A stretch of DNA of 20,000 bases from the IMG/VR virus record IMGVR_UViG_3300005461_000343. The stretch is one strand, 5' to 3'. Below are positions 16,386-20,000 of this stretch, piece after piece; positions within the stretch are counted from its first letter, which is position 1; each line of letters opens with the position of its first letter. The notes under the pieces are model-generated. The model searched no databases, was not told where the DNA came from, and saw nothing but the letters and a program-made list of their open reading frames with translations. Source of the DNA: an uncultured virus (IMG/VR IMGVR_UViG_3300005461_000343) (lineage: Duplodnaviria > Heunggongvirae > Uroviricota > Caudoviricetes). Both the position numbers and the translations under genes were made by a program.

Positions 16386-16931
16386 TTACTTTTTGAATAT
16401 AGACTCGAATAATCCCTTACCCTTGTCAAGATGGGCTTGCGCATCAGCCCCAACGAGGCCCATCCCTGCCTGTAATCCTTGATTAGCCGCTTGCGTGGCG
16501 TTTGCCGCCTGTTGATTATAGATAGACAGCCTTTGGTTACTGATATTATTCTTGGTGTTGAGATATTGGGATTCCACGGCATCCTTCCGTGCTGTAGCGT
16601 TAGTGGCTATACCACTGGCGGTATCGGATATCACCTCGCCCGCCGCTTTCTTGGCCTGCGCTACGGACTCATCCGTAGCCCCTACGACCGCGGCGGTACC
16701 GGAGGCCTTACGGTACTGCTCATCCGCTAATTCCCTAGCCTTGGTCAAGGCGGCTTGCGCTTCCGCACTTTGGGTATAATCCTCGTTATACCTACGGTTA
16801 AACCAATCCTCATTCTCCTTTGCCTGTTTATCCAACACGGCGTTCGCTTTTCTCGCCGCCTTCCTAGCCTTTATTCCCCCGGCAATGCCACTCGCCAAGG
16901 AACTGGCGGCTCCAACTATCGCTCCGATCAT
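16386..16931 (-). CDS. Putative phage DNA pilot/ejection protein, 181 aa
   Basis: Gly/Ala-rich hydrophobic N-terminus (MIGAIVGAASSLASGIAGGIKA), basic patch, Ala/Gln-rich helix and Gly-rich C-terminus, as in small podophage ejection proteins. Confidence 0.75.
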   Translation of the reverse strand: MIGAIVGAASSLASGIAGGIKARKAARKANAVLDKQAKENEDWFNRRYNEDYTQSAEAQAALTKARELADEQYRKASGTAAVVGATDESVAQAKKAAGEVISDTASGIATNATARKDAVESQYLNTKNNISNQRLSIYNQQAANATQAANQGLQAGMGLVGADAQAHLDKGKGLFESIFKK

Positions 16932-17200
16932 AATCTTGTCTTTTCTCGCAAAAGAGATAAATAAAGTGACTCGTGTTTGTTACTTTGATCATTATCTCCC
17001 ATCGGACACCAAAAAATCAACTATTCTATACTGTTTTCTAGCATCTACGAATCATTCGTATATAGTTAGGTCCGGTCACATAGGCATTATTGGTATATTT
17101 GCGAGACAAATTTTATTGTATGCTATGAACGAGGAATTAAAACAGTTTTTAGAGTATATTGTTAATCGTTATTAATTATATAAATATTTTTGTTACGCTA

Positions 17201-17232
17201 TTTGGCAACAAACAATATTATGCTTATCTTTG
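17201..17232 (+). promoter_or_regulatory. Bacteroidota sigma-A promoter for the small-gene cassette
   Basis: TTTG (17201-17204), 20-nt spacer, TATCTTTG (17225-17232); matches the -33/-7 consensus, 50 nt before ATG 17283. Confidence 0.8.
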
Positions 17233-17282
17233 CATCATAATAATAGAGCTGGTGGCAACAGTAACAATTCAGCGATAATATC

Positions 17283-17465
17283 ATGACAACTTACATTTAT
17301 AAAGGACAGTCAATCTCTCACATTCGTTTTATTTCAATTCTTCGTTATGCCGGCATTAATGGAGGTCATAAGCTGTCCGCTTATGAGGCCCTTGTGAAAT
17401 GTGCAAGCTTGGGGAAAGAAAAAGCTATCAAGATTTTAAATGATCTTGAAGTGATTGAAAAATAA
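17283..17465 (+). CDS. Hypothetical protein, 60 aa
   Basis: First ORF after the consensus promoter; AT-rich start context. Confidence 0.65.
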   Translation: MTTYIYKGQSISHIRFISILRYAGINGGHKLSAYEALVKCASLGKEKAIKILNDLEVIEK

Positions 17466-17506
17466 ATATATCTATATTAATTAATAATCAAATAAATACA
17501 ATAAAC

Positions 17507-17692
17507 ATGAAAACATTATATTGCGAAAATAGCGAGTTATTAGAGATTCTAGAAAATAATGGGATAGAAATGATTTGTAATGAAAATATGGAAATCGTAA
17601 TATCTGACGAGGACGCAATGCGCATTGCTACCATTGTTGAAGATTTCGCCCCCTTTGCGTCTGGCGACTATGCGATAGAAGATATAGCCTAG
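17507..17692 (+). CDS. Small acidic hypothetical protein, 61 aa
   Basis: Strong A-rich start context (ATCAAATAAATACAATAAAC-ATG); E/D-rich. Confidence 0.75.
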   Translation: MKTLYCENSELLEILENNGIEMICNENMEIVISDEDAMRIATIVEDFAPFASGDYAIEDIA

Positions 17693-17722
17693 TGGAGATA
17701 AAAGATAACGAAGACATATATC

Positions 17723-18082
17723 ATGAATTTAACATTGCCCGAGTTCGCCTTCGTTGAAGGTTCCGGTCACGAAAAAGGCGGGGATCCTCTATATAGGAGA
17801 AATGTCATAATGCACATACGTTCTGCCAGTATCATCGAAATATTTGGCAGGGATGATGTAGTCTTAAATCCGGATGTTCTGACATTAAAGTTTAGCTATA
17901 CCAATAGATTTGGCATTAAAGAGCCAATGATTGCGGCGTTACATTATTGCGCCACGCTTGATGTCAAATATGATTCCGAAATGATAAAAAAGGAAATCAT
18001 AAAACCCGCGGCTCAATGGTATTGCGATTAGGCTGAGTGGGAAGATGAAAATATAGTAAGAGAGGAGGGATCGAATGAATGA
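17723..18082 (+). pseudogene. Hypothetical protein with a probable premature TAG at 18029-18031 (102 aa if it stops there)
   Basis: The frame continues past the TAG as AEWEDENIVREEGSNE-TGA(18082), overlapping the next start codon (ATGAATGA). Confidence 0.55.
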
Positions 18083-18272
18083 ACGTGAACGAATAGGGAA
18101 ACGAATAGCCGAAATACGTAAGGAAAGATGCTACACGGTGCGACAACTGGCCGAACTTGCCAACCTTCGAGCCGCAACTATCAGCAACGTTGAGAACGGT
18201 AAGTTTTCCGTTGGTATAGATATACTTGCGAAGATATGTGATGCGCTCGAAGTTAAAATAGAAATAATGTGA
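18075..18272 (+). CDS. XRE-family helix-turn-helix transcriptional regulator, 65 aa
   Basis: IGKRIAEIRKERCYTVRQLAELANLRAATISNVENGKFSVGIDILAKICDAL is a canonical HTH_3 pattern. Confidence 0.92.
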   Translation: MNERERIGKRIAEIRKERCYTVRQLAELANLRAATISNVENGKFSVGIDILAKICDALEVKIEIM

Positions 18273-18895
18273 TTACGACAAGTATGACAGCGTCCGAATT
18301 ATTTGAGGAAATCAAGGATGATTATCCCAATGTATTTGCAATATCCGATACTAAGGACGCTAAGGCGAGCCGAATAATCAATAAATCCGGCATCTTTCCT
18401 GTGCGCATCTACTCATTTGTTACCACTAAGCGTAAAAACAAGTGGCTGATATTATGGGAGGCTCACAATAAAAAGGATATAGGCGACAATTGCCGGATCT
18501 CTTTTGTGTGCTACCATGATACCAATCATGGTAAGTACGCCTATATGCCTGTCTTTGTCAATGGTAAGATGGTTCTTCTTGCGTTTCCTCCTCACTTCTT
18601 CAGCCGGTTCGCCGATCGGAAGGGAATTAACCTTACAGGCAAAGAGTTGATTAAGCGGTACTTCGAGATAAACAATAGTTATTCATTCACATTTTCGCAC
18701 GAAGAGGTGGACGGAGGGTACCGGGAGAATGTATTAGCCACCTGTAAAGAGGGAATTGCGATGGGATTCAAAGCCGTAGGGCTGGATGTTTTTCTGCTGA
18801 AGACCTTTATCTCCTACGATATGTGCAAGGGGGATCAAGTCAGTAGCTTCGCCAAGAGCGAGGAGTTCAGGAGAATTCAGCATGACAACAAGTAA
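18269..18895 (+). CDS. Hypothetical protein, 208 aa
   Basis: GTG start in a GTGA overlap with the HTH stop; motifs PPHFFSRFADR and LKTFIS; followed by a terminator. Confidence 0.75.
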   Translation: MITTSMTASELFEEIKDDYPNVFAISDTKDAKASRIINKSGIFPVRIYSFVTTKRKNKWLILWEAHNKKDIGDNCRISFVCYHDTNHGKYAYMPVFVNGKMVLLAFPPHFFSRFADRKGINLTGKELIKRYFEINNSYSFTFSHEEVDGGYRENVLATCKEGIAMGFKAVGLDVFLLKTFISYDMCKGDQVSSFAKSEEFRRIQHDNK

Positions 18896-18925
18896 TAGTT
18901 CTATTTTTCGCATCGCCAAAGTATA

Positions 18926-18960
18926 ACGCCCGTGTTTTTTCTGACACGGGCGTGTTTTAT
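18926..18960 (+). terminator. Intrinsic terminator between the cassette and the integrase
   Basis: Perfect 10-bp inverted repeat ACGCCCGTGT (18926-18935) / ACACGGGCGT (18944-18953) followed by GTTTTAT. Confidence 0.8.
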
Positions 18961-18998
18961 TGGTCTATTTGGGAACTTTATCGAATTTTACGTAATTG

Positions 18999-20000
18999 CT
19001 ACCATTCTCGGACTGCCTCATTAATACCTAAGCCAAGACTACGAAGATAACGCATAGTCATTTTTATATCAGAATGTCTACATTGACGGCATACCACATA
19101 TGGATCTCTTACTATATTATACAGCTCAACGCAGCCTGTATGCTTCCATCCATAGAAAATCAACTCTTTTCGTAGGTTTAACGCAGAAATGACATCCCTA
19201 TGCCTATCTGAGAAATAAGCTACCCGGGATATTCTTTTAGCGCACGTCTCCATATCTTTTCCAAAAATATAAAAATCAGGATTGGCCTTATCTAAGCCCA
19301 TCTCCATTATAATACTCTCAAGCGATCTTGGTATGGTAATGGAATCTTGGGTACCGGTTTTAGAGACGTGGGATGGTATGGTAATCGTATGGTTCCGCAA
19401 ATCCACGCATCCTACCTTGAGATACATGAGCTCAGTTCTCCTGATAAAAGCGTACCGAACGAATTGAGTGGCATAATAAAGCCTTATGTCATGGGCACGC
19501 ATATATGCCATGACCAGCTCTGCCTCACGAGAGGTAAAGGCGACGTTCTTGCCTTTTTCCTCCTTTGATTTCTTTACGGCACAGAACGGGTTTGTGGCGA
19601 TCTGCTCTCTCTCTACCAACATGAAGAAAAGTGTTTTCAAGTAGCTGACCGTATTATTGCAAGTCTTCCCGGAGAAATTACGCTTCATCTTGAGATAATC
19701 CACATATTCTAGGGCGTGTATTTTCGTGAATCCAGAAGGTTCAAATGTATCATACCCCATATCCTTGCACCATATACCGAAAAATTTCAAGGCATTCCTG
19801 TATATCTCGACACTTCTCTTCCTAAGTGAGCACGATTTTATATCTAGCATATCCTCCAAGGAGACCAATAGATTCCTTCGCTCGGTCTCACATTTCTGCT
19901 CAAAAGGATTCCAGCCCTCATCCTCCAGCATAGATATAACCGTAGCCAAAGCAGCTTTAGCCGCCTCTTGCCGCTCACGTTTCTTCTTGAACCTATTTAT
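18999..20000 (-). CDS. Tyrosine recombinase/integrase, 5'-truncated by the window edge
   Basis: Frame open to 20000 (INRFKKKRERQEAAKAALATVISMLEDEGWNPF); SAM-like region (KTCNNTVSYLKTLF...NPF); catalytic region FIRRTEL, SKTG, YGWKHTG, QCRHSDIKMTMRY. Confidence 0.92.
   Translation of the reverse strand: MNRFKKKRERQEAAKAALATVISMLEDEGWNPFEQKCETERRNLLVSLEDMLDIKSCSLRKRSVEIYRNALKFFGIWCKDMGYDTFEPSGFTKIHALEYVDYLKMKRNFSGKTCNNTVSYLKTLFFMLVEREQIATNPFCAVKKSKEEKGKNVAFTSREAELVMAYMRAHDIRLYYATQFVRYAFIRRTELMYLKVGCVDLRNHTITIPSHVSKTGTQDSITIPRSLESIIMEMGLDKANPDFYIFGKDMETCAKRISRVAYFSDRHRDVISALNLRKELIFYGWKHTGCVELYNIVRDPYVVCRQCRHSDIKMTMRYLRSLGLGINEAVREW

Larger units (their letters stand above)
1..20000. mobile_element. 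Segment of a Bacteroidales prophage-like element (ejection-protein operon, accessory genes, XRE cassette, integrase); boundaries not seen
   Basis: Giant polyvalent DarB-like protein preceded by two pilot/ejection-like genes, plus an XRE HTH and a tyrosine integrase; no housekeeping genes. No capsid, terminase, portal or att site is visible in the window. Confidence 0.7.

Noticed and set aside
15540..16582. Alternate-frame minus-strand ORFs 15540..15728 and 16358..16582
   Set aside because: Not protein-like, no start context, and they overlap well-formed genes.
1221..16964. Numerous + strand ORFs (e.g. 12201..13037, 7968..8531, 4105..4680)
   Set aside because: Antisense shadows of long coding frames; S/F/L/I-rich, with no motifs or start signals.
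17723..18082. Genetic code 15 (TAG reassigned)
   Set aside because: Only one suspicious TAG; other genes end in TAG at sensible places, and the 14-kb ORF has no internal TAG.
1..20000. CRISPR array, tRNA, rRNA, DGR template repeat or att site
   Set aside because: No regularly spaced repeats, cloverleaf, reverse transcriptase or long direct repeat noticed by eye.

Overview
Part of a Bacteroidales (Bacteroidota) prophage-like element; the host group is inferred from promoter/start-site signals and protein style. Left to right: two AT-rich accessory genes on + (the first runs off the left edge); a minus-strand three-gene operon (181 aa, 349 aa, ~4,740 aa) that looks like a virion ejection/internal-protein module; a divergent + strand cassette of five small genes with a textbook Bacteroidota promoter and an XRE HTH; and a tyrosine integrase running off the right edge. 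The giant protein is a 'large polyvalent protein' with an N-terminal Gly/Ala-rich region, a pyrophosphatase-like domain, a DarB-like adenine methyltransferase + SF2 helicase, a zincin-like peptidase and an LPD38-like C-terminus. Most striking: three protein-like ORFs (61, 56, 117 aa) are nested same-strand in the +1 frame of the giant gene. Each fills a disordered inter-domain linker, has a Bacteroidota-type translation start context, and is preceded by a TAnnTTTG-like -7 box. All family calls come from motif recognition by eye; no searches were run.
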